From the NCBI GenBank assembly GCA_964350735.1, contig CAYGKO010000002.1:155566-219565 (forward strand): a DNA stretch of 64,000 bases, read 5' to 3'. The notes beneath the pieces were generated by a model. That model made no database searches and was not told where the DNA came from. It was given only the letters and a program-made list of their open reading frames with translations. Positions 55,311-64,000 of this stretch are shown one piece after another (position 1 is the stretch's first letter; every line of letters starts with the position of its first letter). The translations under genes were made by a program, and so were the position numbers. The stretch comes from an uncultured Candidatus Saccharibacteria bacterium (GTDB lineage Bacteria; Patescibacteriota; Minisyncoccia; Phycocordibacterales; UBA918).

Positions 55311-55624
55311 AATAAAAAAAAGAGGTTGGGTGGATAATTTTCCACCCCCCTCTGTTTCTCCCAACCGTGATGCGCCCCTAGGGCAAAAAACACTATGAGT
55401 AGCATCCCACAAATGACTGATACTGAATTTTGCAACAGACGATTTGCGCCATTCACAGCCCGCATAGGCATGATCAGGATAAAGCAACTCAATGCCATAA
55501 AGAACAAACCGTTCACCAAAGCGCTCAGTAATTGATCCAGCATGCTTTCCTCCATCATTAGGACCTTAGTAGATTTATACCATAACTTGGTGATTTTCTC
55601 GAAAAAATACGCTATAGTGCTCAC
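55157..55624 (-). CDS. Possible small membrane protein. The ORF is probably over-extended and overlaps the priA 3' end and terminator.
   Basis: Two hydrophobic helices in the N-terminal 90 aa. The C-terminal third overlaps priA, so only the N-terminal part is credible. Confidence 0.25.
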   Translation of the reverse strand: MSTIAYFFEKITKLWYKSTKVLMMEESMLDQLLSALVNGLFFMALSCFILIMPMRAVNGANRLLQNSVSVICGMLLIVFFALGAHHGWEKQRGVENYPPNLFFLFYTIRSGSISIRIDGGRVRRRFMRFSSGQAVCEILTRPYRLMPFFTNCGAV

Positions 55625-55629
55625 TATAT

Positions 55630-56160
55630 ATGGCTAAATTAATCCCCCAGGACCACCCTATCTTGCACGACATTGCTGAAGAAGTGCCAGTTGAAGAAAT
55701 CACGTCGGCGAAAGTTCAGAAGGTGATAAAAGATATGAAAACGGTCCTCAATAACTGCCCCCGTGGAGTGGCGATTGCGGCTCCTCAAATTGGTATTGGA
55801 TTGCGTATTTTTGTTGTGCACGACACCACCTCAGATAAAAAAGACGACGAAGCGCGTATTCCTGACCTAGTTGCTATCAACCCACGCATCGTTAAGTATT
55901 CTAAGAAGAGTGCTGAAATGGAAGAAGGTTGCTTATCGATTCCTAACCAATACGGCCGCACTATTCGCTCTACCAATGTCACCATGCGTGCTTATGATGA
56001 GAACGGTCAAGAATACGAACGCGGGGCTGGTGGACTGCTGGCACACATCTTCCAGCATGAGACTGATCACCTCGACGGTATCTTATACACTGATCACGCT
56101 CACGAAACCTGGCCCACTGACGATCTCTACGAACGAACTAAAAAAGAATCTGATGAATAA
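55630..56160 (+). CDS. def: Peptide deformylase.
   Basis: GVAIAAPQIG, EGCLSIP and HETDHLDG motifs. Confidence 0.85.
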   Translation: MAKLIPQDHPILHDIAEEVPVEEITSAKVQKVIKDMKTVLNNCPRGVAIAAPQIGIGLRIFVVHDTTSDKKDDEARIPDLVAINPRIVKYSKKSAEMEEGCLSIPNQYGRTIRSTNVTMRAYDENGQEYERGAGGLLAHIFQHETDHLDGILYTDHAHETWPTDDLYERTKKESDE

Positions 56161-57022
56161 TTTAAAAATAGCCTATTTTGGTGGTGAGCCGATTGGTGTC
56201 CCGGTACTAGAAGAACTTAAGGCAGCCAATATCCTGCCTGATTTGATTATATGTAACCCAGACCGCCCTGCTGGCCGTGGCAAACAACTCGCAGCTCCAC
56301 CAGTAAAAGCCTGGGCCCAACAGCACGAAATAGAAACCTGGCAGCCAATCAATCTTAAAGATCAAACAGCCGTAACTGAAAAACTCTCTCAATACGATCT
56401 GTTTGTAGTGGTGGCATACAATCGAATCTTGCCCGAGTGGCTGATCGAGCTACCGAAGTACAAAACGCTTAATGTTCACCCCTCGTTGCTACCATTACTA
56501 CGAGGACCAAGCCCGATCCGTACCGCCATTCTCGAAGACAACCGCGACGCGGTCGGAGTCAGTGTCATGTTGATGGACGCTGCTATGGATCATGGACCGA
56601 TCTTAGCGCAGCAAACGTTACCAATCATTGATGCCCTCTGGCCTATCAACGGACTAACACTCGATGCTGCTCTCGCTAATCTCGGCGGGGCGCTGCTGGC
56701 TGCCACTATTCCAGAATGGATCGCTGGAGATATTAGTCCCCAAGAGCAAGACCATGATCTAGCCACTTATACCCAAAAGCTTTCTAAAGCAGACGGCGAG
56801 CTACAGATTGATCCGCACCACCTTCCAGTAGGCCAAGCGGCCCACGAAGCTTTTCTAAAGATTCAAGCCTACGCCGGCTGGCCTGGAACCTTCTTTATGC
56901 ACAATGATATCCGGATAAAAATAACCATGGCAAAATGTCTTGAAAACAGCTTGCAGCTAACAACCATCATTCCTGAAGGGAAAAAATCAATCGACTTTAA
57001 AACCTGGATTCAGTCGCACTAA
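56153..57022 (+). CDS. fmt: Methionyl-tRNA formyltransferase. True start is the ATG at 56153, overlapping the def stop.
   Basis: MNNLKIAYFGGEPIGVPVLE N-terminus, the formyltransferase NVHPSLLP motif, and a C-terminal domain. Confidence 0.8.
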   Translation: MNNLKIAYFGGEPIGVPVLEELKAANILPDLIICNPDRPAGRGKQLAAPPVKAWAQQHEIETWQPINLKDQTAVTEKLSQYDLFVVVAYNRILPEWLIELPKYKTLNVHPSLLPLLRGPSPIRTAILEDNRDAVGVSVMLMDAAMDHGPILAQQTLPIIDALWPINGLTLDAALANLGGALLAATIPEWIAGDISPQEQDHDLATYTQKLSKADGELQIDPHHLPVGQAAHEAFLKIQAYAGWPGTFFMHNDIRIKITMAKCLENSLQLTTIIPEGKKSIDFKTWIQSH

Positions 57023-57038
57023 CTTCCACTTCGTACAA

Positions 57039-57326
57039 TTAGTGCACCATTCCCATTGTCTCTTTGTATGCAGAAATCTTTTCTTCTATAACCAGAATGA
57101 GTGATTTTAAAACAATATCAGCCCCTTCTAACCCATCATGAGCTTCATTTACTTTTACAGGCACTAGCCTTAGTAATGCTTGCACTGATAATGCTCGAGC
57201 TTTTTCTAGGTCAGAACGGGGGACATCTATCCGCTCAAGTTTCGTTAAAAAACCTGCGTATCTCTGCTGTGCTGTTAGCAAAGACTGGTAATTTAAAACC
57301 TCAGGTGTCAAAAAATGCTCTGTCAT
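57039..57326 (-). CDS. Hypothetical small protein.
   Basis: 95-aa ORF in a compact gene arrangement. No motif recognised. Confidence 0.3.
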   Translation of the reverse strand: MTEHFLTPEVLNYQSLLTAQQRYAGFLTKLERIDVPRSDLEKARALSVQALLRLVPVKVNEAHDGLEGADIVLKSLILVIEEKISAYKETMGMVH

Positions 57327-57335
57327 TACATCGTA

Positions 57336-57704
57336 TTACTCTTTACCAAACCGCATCATACTCTTCAGAGCTCGCCCACCGCGGCGCACCAATCCATTGC
57401 GTTTCTTATGTGCTCGACGTAGTTCTTTATCCAGCTCGGCACGCACCTCATCGACAGATTTTTCAAAACTATCCATACTGGCAGCTGCTCGATACATCTT
57501 TCCATGTAGCCACAAATTTGCTTCGATCTTGAAAATATCACCTGACTGACTGGCGGTTTCTTTTTCAAATTCAACCTGACATTTCACATCAGTTTCTTCA
57601 CCGATATACTTCTCTAATGAACTAAATTTGACTTCAAGCAGGTCTTGGAGCTTTGGATCTAGTTCAGTATTGGTGGCACGGTAACTTATTACAGGGAAAG
57701 CCAT
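57336..57704 (-). CDS. hpf: Ribosome hibernation promoting factor / RaiA family (short form).
   Basis: MAFPVISYRATNTELDPKLQDLLEVKFSSLEKY and the alternating pattern typical of the sigma-54 modulation/HPF fold. Basic C-terminus. Confidence 0.65.
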   Translation of the reverse strand: MAFPVISYRATNTELDPKLQDLLEVKFSSLEKYIGEETDVKCQVEFEKETASQSGDIFKIEANLWLHGKMYRAAASMDSFEKSVDEVRAELDKELRRAHKKRNGLVRRGGRALKSMMRFGKE

Positions 57705-57705
57705 A

Positions 57706-58011
57706 TTATCCTTCGCAGGCTACGCATGTATTATCACCTGCGTTATGAACGCGTACACCTCCAGTCTCTGGCTCAGTTGCGTAGTTTTCTTTGACATAGG
57801 CGATGATATCGTCAGACTCATACATCGCAACATCATTTTCTGGATCTTCAAAGTATGGCACTTGCTGCTTCCCACCTTTTTCGATCAACGCTTCCCGCAG
57901 CGATTCATCAGCTGAAATATCTTTCAGGTTAAAGGCTACCCCCATCTCATCGGCAGCGGTAATGGTTTTTTGGCAAAATGGACAGCTTGGTTTGTAGTAC
58001 AAAGTCAACAT
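57706..58011 (-). CDS. Glutaredoxin-like protein with a Cys-containing C-terminal tail.
   Basis: LYYKPSCPFCQK active-site CPFC. The thioredoxin-fold ends ...IIAYVKENY. Tail sequence is NTCVACEG. Confidence 0.65.
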   Translation of the reverse strand: MLTLYYKPSCPFCQKTITAADEMGVAFNLKDISADESLREALIEKGGKQQVPYFEDPENDVAMYESDDIIAYVKENYATEPETGGVRVHNAGDNTCVACEG

Positions 58012-58077
58012 AAAAAATTGAAATTATTTCGTAATATTCTGTACAGTATACTACGTTTCGCTCTGCGGTACATTTCA

Positions 58078-58944
58078 CTATTTTTGGCAACCAGGACAAT
58101 AGTGGGTTCCCCGTCCGGCACAGCGAGTTTTCTGTATGATTTCCCCACACCGTGAACACAGCTTCCCTTGCTGACCAAATACTTTTAAATAATCCGTGAA
58201 ATTACCATTCTCTCCTCCCGTATCGACGAAGTGCTGGAAGGTGGTGCCTCCTACCTCAATAGATTCTTTCATGACATCACCGGCAGCAGCACAAAGCTTG
58301 GTAGCCTCCGCTTTAGTCACCTGATTCGCTCGCCGCATCGGTCGCACCTTGGCGCGCCACAGTGCCTCATCAACATAAATATTCCCCAAGCCAGCCACAA
58401 ATGACTGATCCAGCAAACTAGCCTTCACGACCGCTTTCTTTTTACGTAGCGCAGTAGTAAACCACACACAATCAAATTCCGGGTCAATCGGCTCTGGACC
58501 AAAGCTAGCTCGAGCTATAGCTACCTCAGCCGCATTTGCCAGTTTGGTATACCCAAAGAGTCGCATATCATTAAAATACAGTGCGGTATCATCAGTGAAG
58601 TAAAAGGCGTTCCTGGTATGCTTGTGGGGCCAATCGCGAGCATCAATTTCACTCATTGAGTGCCCACCGCCAGTCACATCCCCTGTCCTATCGACAAAGA
58701 AGAACTGCCCCGTCATCTTGAGATGCGCCAACAAAAACAAATCCGACTCACCGACAAAGCTAAAGATCAGCAACTTTCCAATCCGATCAATCTCACTAAT
58801 CACCTTACCCACGAGACGATCTTCGATCGTCTCGTCAAAATTCACGGTCTTATTATGAAACACCTCCACTCCTTTAATGGTTTTTCCGAGTATTTTTCGC
58901 TCGAGTTGCAGGCGAACGGTTTCGACTTCAGGTAATTCAGGCAT
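58078..58944 (-). CDS. mutM: Formamidopyrimidine-DNA glycosylase.
   Basis: N-terminal MPELPEVETVR (catalytic Pro2/Glu3). H2TH region. C-terminal zinc finger CSRCGEIIQKTRCAGRGTHYCPGCQ. Confidence 0.85.
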   Translation of the reverse strand: MPELPEVETVRLQLERKILGKTIKGVEVFHNKTVNFDETIEDRLVGKVISEIDRIGKLLIFSFVGESDLFLLAHLKMTGQFFFVDRTGDVTGGGHSMSEIDARDWPHKHTRNAFYFTDDTALYFNDMRLFGYTKLANAAEVAIARASFGPEPIDPEFDCVWFTTALRKKKAVVKASLLDQSFVAGLGNIYVDEALWRAKVRPMRRANQVTKAEATKLCAAAGDVMKESIEVGGTTFQHFVDTGGENGNFTDYLKVFGQQGKLCSRCGEIIQKTRCAGRGTHYCPGCQK

Positions 58945-59070
58945 ACGTACGAATACATTATTAAAACGAGTATATCAAATTAAGAATAAGAAGTGTTGGT
59001 TGACAAAACCCTAGCTGCAGTCTAAATTTGACTTCAACGCTACGACTACACTAAAACCAAGAGGATACTC

Positions 59071-59628
59071 ATGCAAGATATTGTAAGTAGAAGGTTACGG
59101 TTCTATAAACATAAGTACGGAGGAGCGGTTCGAAGCTTCATTTGGTACTACGCCGGAGACCGAGACCTCTTCGGATTTCTCAACCAACCAGGCGTGCACT
59201 TAGTCGTACACGCCACAGAAACACAGGAGGTACTATGTACCCATCCTGCTTCAGAATGGGCCTTGGCTAGATTGAGAGGATTTGATTCAATTTTTCACCT
59301 TCCTGGCGGCGGTATTGACCCTGGTGAAAATTTTAAACGAGCTCTCTTTCGTGAAAGCAATGAAGAACTGGGAGAAAAGACTGGGCTTGGAAACTTATTC
59401 TCAGATGCAGAAATTAGTGAAAGAACTGTATCGTTCGGTAAGTTAAGAAACCCTGTCACTTTTGTTCGTATCAAGGTGAGGAAACCAAGCGACTTCTGTG
59501 TTCGCAATCCAGGTTTAGGCACAGAATTTCTGTATAGACATACCTGGCAAAGACTGGGGACTCGTGAATTTAAAAGGCGCACCAACGCTTGCATGGAAGC
59601 AGGCTTGAGAGCTTTCAAGCTCTGGTGA
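59071..59628 (+). CDS. NUDIX hydrolase.
   Basis: Nudix box GGGIDPGENFKRALFRESNEELGE. A TTGACA-17nt-TAAATT promoter-like element lies upstream (~59021-59049). Confidence 0.6.
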   Translation: MQDIVSRRLRFYKHKYGGAVRSFIWYYAGDRDLFGFLNQPGVHLVVHATETQEVLCTHPASEWALARLRGFDSIFHLPGGGIDPGENFKRALFRESNEELGEKTGLGNLFSDAEISERTVSFGKLRNPVTFVRIKVRKPSDFCVRNPGLGTEFLYRHTWQRLGTREFKRRTNACMEAGLRAFKLW

Positions 59629-59631
59629 CCA

Positions 59632-59675
59632 GAACGGTCCTCCGCGCAAATTGCGTGGCGGACCGGTTTTTTATG
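59632..59675 (+). terminator. Rho-independent terminator after the NUDIX gene.
   Basis: CGGTCCTCCGCGCAA-A-TTGCGTGGCGGACCG imperfect 15-bp stem, followed by GTTTTTT. Confidence 0.55.
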
Positions 59676-59698
59676 TATCTGGCCAATACTAGGTTTCT

Positions 59699-59905
59699 CT
59701 ACCCAGCTACCAACGCGTCAAATCGGGCCTTATTATCAGCCATCCACTTCCCCATCATTTCCTTAGCTTTAGCTGGATCAGCCATATGCTGCTGCATCAC
59801 ATCTGCGTGGGTTTCCATGTAGTGAGGCTTCAGAGCATTCATCCAGTCTTCGAACGTCTCTCCTGCTACTTCATGCTCACAGAGGTCGCATTTCATTGTT
59901 TTCAT
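59699..59905 (-). CDS. Small DUF1059-like protein.
   Basis: MKTMKCDLCEHEVAGETFEDWMNALKPHYMETH matches the DUF1059 pattern (k.f.C.dCgF.a.geteeEl...v..H....Hg). Confidence 0.45.
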   Translation of the reverse strand: MKTMKCDLCEHEVAGETFEDWMNALKPHYMETHADVMQQHMADPAKAKEMMGKWMADNKARFDALVAG

Positions 59906-59991
59906 AGTTATAATTCAAGTGATAAGTAATAATATCCATACTATCACTATAATCCTGAAATATTTATTAGTTTCAAACGTCATAACTACAT

Positions 59992-60723
59992 ATGAAAACC
60001 ATTCAAGTACAAACAACCTTATATATCCTTACTTTTATTTTGTCATTCGCCTTCCTACTTGCTGTCCCTCAGCAGTCTCAGGCTCAGACAACACCCGTCG
60101 CAACTGAATCATCGATCTCGGTTGATGACACCATACGGATGCAACTCATTGCTGTATTGCAACAGATCATTATGCTAATTACAGCTCAAAATGAAATGCC
60201 TGCCGTACCCGAACCTGATACAACTACCGACGACGTAGAAATTGAAACTGAAGAATCAGATGATGAAGAAGTACCCGAATCTCAAACCGTACTAGAGATG
60301 ACTGAGACTCTAGTCGTAAATAGTAAGTCTACGAGCGATGACGACGAAGGACTATTCACCATTACTTTCCCAGTTTCAGCTTTTGGAAATGATCTCTATA
60401 TCAATCGTTCAGCCGAACGCGGAACAGCTCTAGGTACCGCTGGAGTAAATTACACTCTGAAAAATGGTAATGGTGAAGTAGTCTCTACCGGTACAGCCTC
60501 CGAGTCACTTAGTTCAAGTGCCCCAATCGAAGATGGTGCGTACCAAGTATCTGAAGGCACAAGTGAAACATTCACCTTATCAGTTTCCTACGATCCAGCT
60601 GTTGATGACTTCTACAGCCTCCAGCTACACAGCTTTAACTTCGCCAACAGTCCCAGCAACCCCGAGCAGCAACAGATTTTCCGCCCAGAAGAACGATTCG
60701 AAACAGACAAACTTTCGATCTAA
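59992..60723 (+). CDS. Secreted acidic protein.
   Basis: Signal peptide MKTIQVQTTLYILTFILSFAFLLAVPQQSQA. A D/E-rich segment follows, then a beta-rich C-terminal domain. Confidence 0.5.
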   Translation: MKTIQVQTTLYILTFILSFAFLLAVPQQSQAQTTPVATESSISVDDTIRMQLIAVLQQIIMLITAQNEMPAVPEPDTTTDDVEIETEESDDEEVPESQTVLEMTETLVVNSKSTSDDDEGLFTITFPVSAFGNDLYINRSAERGTALGTAGVNYTLKNGNGEVVSTGTASESLSSSAPIEDGAYQVSEGTSETFTLSVSYDPAVDDFYSLQLHSFNFANSPSNPEQQQIFRPEERFETDKLSI

Positions 60724-60734
60724 ATGCAGAAACA

Positions 60735-60762
60735 AAAAAGCACCCAAGGGGTGCTTTTTTGT
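60735..60762. terminator. Bidirectional rho-independent terminator.
   Basis: AAAAAAG-CACCC-AA-GGGGTGC-TTTTTTG. Confidence 0.6.
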
Positions 60763-60800
60763 TTCCAGGCTCCGCCTGTGGGATGATGTTCGGACTTTTG

Positions 60801-61895
60801 TTAGTGTGAGGTTTTGATATCTTTTTCTCTCTCGAAGCGTTCTATCGCTAGCGCAATTAACGCATCTATAAGGTCCGTGTACGAAACCCCGCTTGCCTGC
60901 CAGAGGCTGGGGTACATACTGATTTTTGTAAAACCAGGCATAGTATTTATCTCATTCACGACCAGCTTCCCATCCTTAGTTAAAAAGCTATCTACCCTCC
61001 CCAAACCCTCACAACCAAGTGTTTTAAATACTTTAATGGATAATTCTTGCACATTTCTCATTGTCTCTTCGTCAATTTTAGCCGGTATCGACAATTCAGC
61101 ACCAGTTTCATCAATATACTTTGCGTCATACGAGTAAAAGTCATGATTGGCTGCCACCTCCCCTACTACTGAAGCTTCAGGGTTTTGATTACCTAGGACA
61201 GCACACTCTAACTCACGTCCGTCCACAAACTCTTCCAAGATTATCTTGGTGTCATAACAGAATGCATCACTAACTGCTTCTTCCAGATCTTCTTTGCTGG
61301 TCACTTTACTAACTCCGACCGATGAACCCATGTTTGCTGGTTTTACAAAAATTGGCAGTCCTAGCGCTTCCGATACAGAATCAAAATCAATCTGGTCTTC
61401 TTTCTGAAAAACCAAGAATTTTGATATTGGTATACCAGCATCACGCAGGAGGCGTTTCATAACGTCTTTATCCATACCTACTGCAGAACCAAGTACCCCA
61501 GCACCCACAAAGGGTACTCCAGCTAGCTTTAGCAGGCCTTGGACTGTGCCATCTTCGCCAAATGGGCCATGTAGTATCGGGAACACCACATCAATAGTGG
61601 ATTTTTCGTTTGTATCCTCTAGATTAATCAACTCACCACCTCCTTGCGGAATAAGAGCTGTGTTAATCTCATTTTCTTTATTGAGTTTTACAAGTTCAGG
61701 GTCGTCTTCATTCAATAAGAACTGCGATTGGTTTGGCAGGAGCCACCGACCCGTTTTATCAATACCGACGAGTATTACCTCATACTTTTCTTTATCAATC
61801 GCATCAGCGACGTTTTTGGCAGACTGAAGAGATACTTCATGTTCTGCTGACTTGCCACCAAATAATATGCCGACCCTTATTTTTTTGTTATTCAT
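60801..61895 (-). CDS. ddl: D-alanine--D-alanine ligase.
   Basis: IRVGILFGGKSAEHEVSLQSAKNV N-terminus. ATP-grasp motifs. Confidence 0.85.
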   Translation of the reverse strand: MNNKKIRVGILFGGKSAEHEVSLQSAKNVADAIDKEKYEVILVGIDKTGRWLLPNQSQFLLNEDDPELVKLNKENEINTALIPQGGGELINLEDTNEKSTIDVVFPILHGPFGEDGTVQGLLKLAGVPFVGAGVLGSAVGMDKDVMKRLLRDAGIPISKFLVFQKEDQIDFDSVSEALGLPIFVKPANMGSSVGVSKVTSKEDLEEAVSDAFCYDTKIILEEFVDGRELECAVLGNQNPEASVVGEVAANHDFYSYDAKYIDETGAELSIPAKIDEETMRNVQELSIKVFKTLGCEGLGRVDSFLTKDGKLVVNEINTMPGFTKISMYPSLWQASGVSYTDLIDALIALAIERFEREKDIKTSH

Positions 61896-61922
61896 ATAGT
61901 TTCTAACTCACACAAACAGGTT

Positions 61923-62792
61923 TTAGTTATCGTTTGAGAGAACGATACCTCTCCCCGCATAGTGTTTACAAAATGTATCCAGTGGAATTCTATGATTAAT
62001 TTGAGTGTTATTACTCACAAAGCCAGATGGATTATTGATACTGATAGTTTTCTCGTTCACGTCATAGCCAGTCACAACCACTAGGTGTCCTCCTTTCTGA
62101 TCGCATGGTGCTGTTTCATACTCACGAATGTTTGGATTTACGGATACTATTACAAGTTTCTCACTTGATAAGGCGAATTGTATGCCGCGTATGGTCAATC
62201 GAGACAGTGCGGTTGCTGTAAGACCATGTTTCTTAACCCAATCAGCAAATTCTCTATACTGCATACTTGAAAGGGTGCCGTCTTTTTCTTCATGATAAAC
62301 ACCGTGAGACAATGCGTCTTCAGCCAATTCTACTGGCATTTTTGTTTCTCCCTTGAAATGACCTAACGCCATTGAAGTCGAAGCCATTCCGCACATAGTA
62401 AACGCCCATTCGGCGTATCTTTCAGGTGAGCTAGCACCAGTGTCTGACCAGTGTTTATCATCTTTAGGATTAAGTTCTCTCTTTAAACTCAATTCTGCAT
62501 GTTCAGGATGTGCGAACTGGCACACAAACGGCAAGTCGTGCTCAACTTTAGGCTTGATCCCAGAAAAATAAGTTCTAATGTTGTATAAAAAGTTTTGTAA
62601 TTCCTGAAGAAACCTACGGTAAATTCTAATCATTAGACTCAGTATAGCAAAGCACGTCCATTTTACTGAACGTGCTCTATTGGCTCCGGCCGCAAGAACT
62701 CTTTCATTACATGAATGGTACACCTTGTCACGATTTTCTTTGAAAATCGCTGGCAAGGTCTTCGAGTCCTGGCGAAAGTGACATTGAGTCAC
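61923..62792 (-). CDS. Papain-like cysteine peptidase, C39-like (Peptidase_C39_2 / BtrH-like) family. The N-terminal start is uncertain.
   Basis: Candidate catalytic Cys in FTMCGMASTSMAL. His in KGGHLVVVTGYD. The spacing is consistent with the C39-like fold. Confidence 0.45.
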   Translation of the reverse strand: MTQCHFRQDSKTLPAIFKENRDKVYHSCNERVLAAGANRARSVKWTCFAILSLMIRIYRRFLQELQNFLYNIRTYFSGIKPKVEHDLPFVCQFAHPEHAELSLKRELNPKDDKHWSDTGASSPERYAEWAFTMCGMASTSMALGHFKGETKMPVELAEDALSHGVYHEEKDGTLSSMQYREFADWVKKHGLTATALSRLTIRGIQFALSSEKLVIVSVNPNIREYETAPCDQKGGHLVVVTGYDVNEKTISINNPSGFVSNNTQINHRIPLDTFCKHYAGRGIVLSNDN

Positions 62793-62951
62793 TTTCTCCG
62801 CCAGAGCACAGAAAAATCCCCTTTCGGGGATTGTTTCTTTTGCTCCGCCAGTTGGATGGGTTCAGAATGTTTAATTGGAGCCAACTTGAGTCAGAATTAT
62901 CTTATTTCAACCTAGTTTAGAAACTAGCCTGTCTATTTTTGATTTCAGGTA

Positions 62952-63845
62952 CTAAACAAATTTTCTTAGCTGTAACATATTCCTTACTGTCAATTCTCCA
63001 GACCACTCTTGCTTAGCGGTTTCCCATGCTTCAGGATATTGTTCTTGCCATGACCAGTTTGGCTCCCAGTGATCGTCTTGCATCTTTGATAGCACAAATT
63101 CAATATTCTGCTCAATGAGTGATTGGTCAAACAGAGATGTGAACGGGTCATCTGGCCCAGCGAGGAATTTGAGCGGAGTTGCAACATAATCAGTCCATTC
63201 GTCTGGATTAGTGCTAACGGCTTGCTTAATGATGCTTGTGAGTGGTTCTTTGAGTTGTCCCTGTAAATCAGCGTCAGCTAGTTCATACAAAGCTTTAAAA
63301 CAGAATACTTCATGGAAATCTGATGGCGGTACTTCCTTGATTCGTTCGAGAGCTTTGTCAATCAATCGTTCAATAAGATTCTTATGTGATTCGTCACCGT
63401 ATCGAATAAACAACCCCAATACTTCGGCTGCTGGATTACCCCAACCAAAGTGAGAAATTGCAGAATCGTAATTCCACCATGGCGCATGCGGATGTTGGTC
63501 GACTTCAGGAACCACAACTGGCCAACCAGCCTTTTCTTCATCAAGCGTTTGTACAAAGTATTCAAGCGCTCGTCTGGTCATATCATGACCTTTCGCTTCG
63601 GGGATATCTTTGAGGTACTGAAAAGCAAACCAGGTAGCGATCGAGGTTGATTGAGGTTGGCGCATGTCTGGCTCAAGTGCGTTGCCAAAGCCCCCGTCTT
63701 CGTTCTGGTATTTAGCCAGCTCAGCGAAAATAGCATCAGCTGACCCGCTGTTTGTATGAAAGTCGTAGAAAGCCTGATCGAGTGGGCGAGCGTTATTCTC
63801 GATATAGTTTTCGATTCTTTCAATCTGGTCTTTTTGTATATACAT
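62952..63845 (-). CDS. Protein with prenyltransferase / squalene-cyclase-type (alpha/alpha toroid) repeats.
   Basis: YQNEDGGFGNALEPD matches the Q..DGGFGG repeat. A second repeat is HFGWGNP. 297 aa, i.e. a partial toroid. Confidence 0.35.
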   Translation of the reverse strand: MYIQKDQIERIENYIENNARPLDQAFYDFHTNSGSADAIFAELAKYQNEDGGFGNALEPDMRQPQSTSIATWFAFQYLKDIPEAKGHDMTRRALEYFVQTLDEEKAGWPVVVPEVDQHPHAPWWNYDSAISHFGWGNPAAEVLGLFIRYGDESHKNLIERLIDKALERIKEVPPSDFHEVFCFKALYELADADLQGQLKEPLTSIIKQAVSTNPDEWTDYVATPLKFLAGPDDPFTSLFDQSLIEQNIEFVLSKMQDDHWEPNWSWQEQYPEAWETAKQEWSGELTVRNMLQLRKFV

Positions 63846-63858
63846 ACTGTGGATTTAT

Positions 63859-64000
63859 TATTTTCATTAGAAAACGATCTGCTGATTAAATGGTTTAGTG
63901 CCTTCAAGTATCATATCTGCTTTTTCCTTAGGATTATCTTTAGCAAAATACTCGTTCTCTTCTTTCATCCAGTCTTGCCACATTTTAGTCAGTTCTTCAA
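63859..64000 (-). CDS. Partial CDS (C-terminus only) running off the window end. Hypothetical.
   Basis: Minus-strand reading frame ...EELTKMWQDWMKEENEYFAKDNPKEKADMILEGTKPFNQQIVF* ends at 63859 and continues beyond position 64000. Confidence 0.3.

Noticed and set aside
55871-57022. 383-aa version of the fmt ORF overlapping def by ~290 nt
   Set aside because: The N-terminal 94 aa are out-of-frame read-through of def. The canonical Fmt N-terminus MNNLKIAYFGGEPIG begins at 56153.
63578-63907. 109-aa minus-strand ORF overlapping the start of the toroid-repeat gene
   Set aside because: It overlaps a longer co-directional ORF in another frame and has no motifs. It is probably spurious.
1-64000. 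CRISPR arrays, rRNA, tRNA and tmRNA
   Set aside because: No regularly spaced direct-repeat array was found. No rRNA-like conserved tracts were seen. No convincing tRNA cloverleaf appeared in any intergenic region, including the mobile-element edges at 1884-1971 and 3037-3267.

Overview
This 64-kb window reads like a reduced-genome Patescibacteria/CPR (Saccharibacteria-like) chromosome. That assignment is an inference from gene content (conserved mraZ-rsmH-ftsL-ftsI-murF and mreBCD-mrdA blocks, giant low-complexity proteins, a VirB4-like ATPase), not a database result. No rRNA, tRNA or CRISPR array was found.

The left ~11 kb is an accessory region. It holds:
- a mobile-element remnant with a P-loop primase/helicase (VapE/D5-like);
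- a secreted coiled-coil protein;
- an alpha/beta-hydrolase, DMT-transporter and 1197-aa Mrr-like-nuclease-TPR operon;
- a REP-flanked RAYT/IS200-like HuH-Y1 transposase with perfect 18-bp terminal inverted repeats.

Next comes an inositol-like small-molecule cluster (IMPase family, Gfo/Idh/MocA, NUDIX, APH-like kinase, Nif3, dTMP-kinase-like).

A ~34-kb co-directional minus-strand core block follows. In order it contains: mreB paralog, NDT-like, VirB4-like ATPase, 640-aa, 922-aa and 1436-aa lineage-specific proteins, two small acidic proteins, holB-like, frr, rseP, proS, mreBCD, mrdA, greA, lysS, uppS, mraZ, rsmH, ftsL, ftsI, murF.

The right end carries an HTH-MurA fusion, priA-like, def-fmt, hpf, a glutaredoxin, mutM, NUDIX, ddl, and a C39-like peptidase plus prenyltransferase-repeat pair.

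The most interesting candidate is the VirB4-like type IV secretion/conjugation-like operon with its giant proteins and putative chaperones. Other unusual points are a LysRS with a C-terminal PTH2-like domain, XRE-HTH-MurA, an ATPase-dead PriA, and several intergenic inverted-repeat structures.
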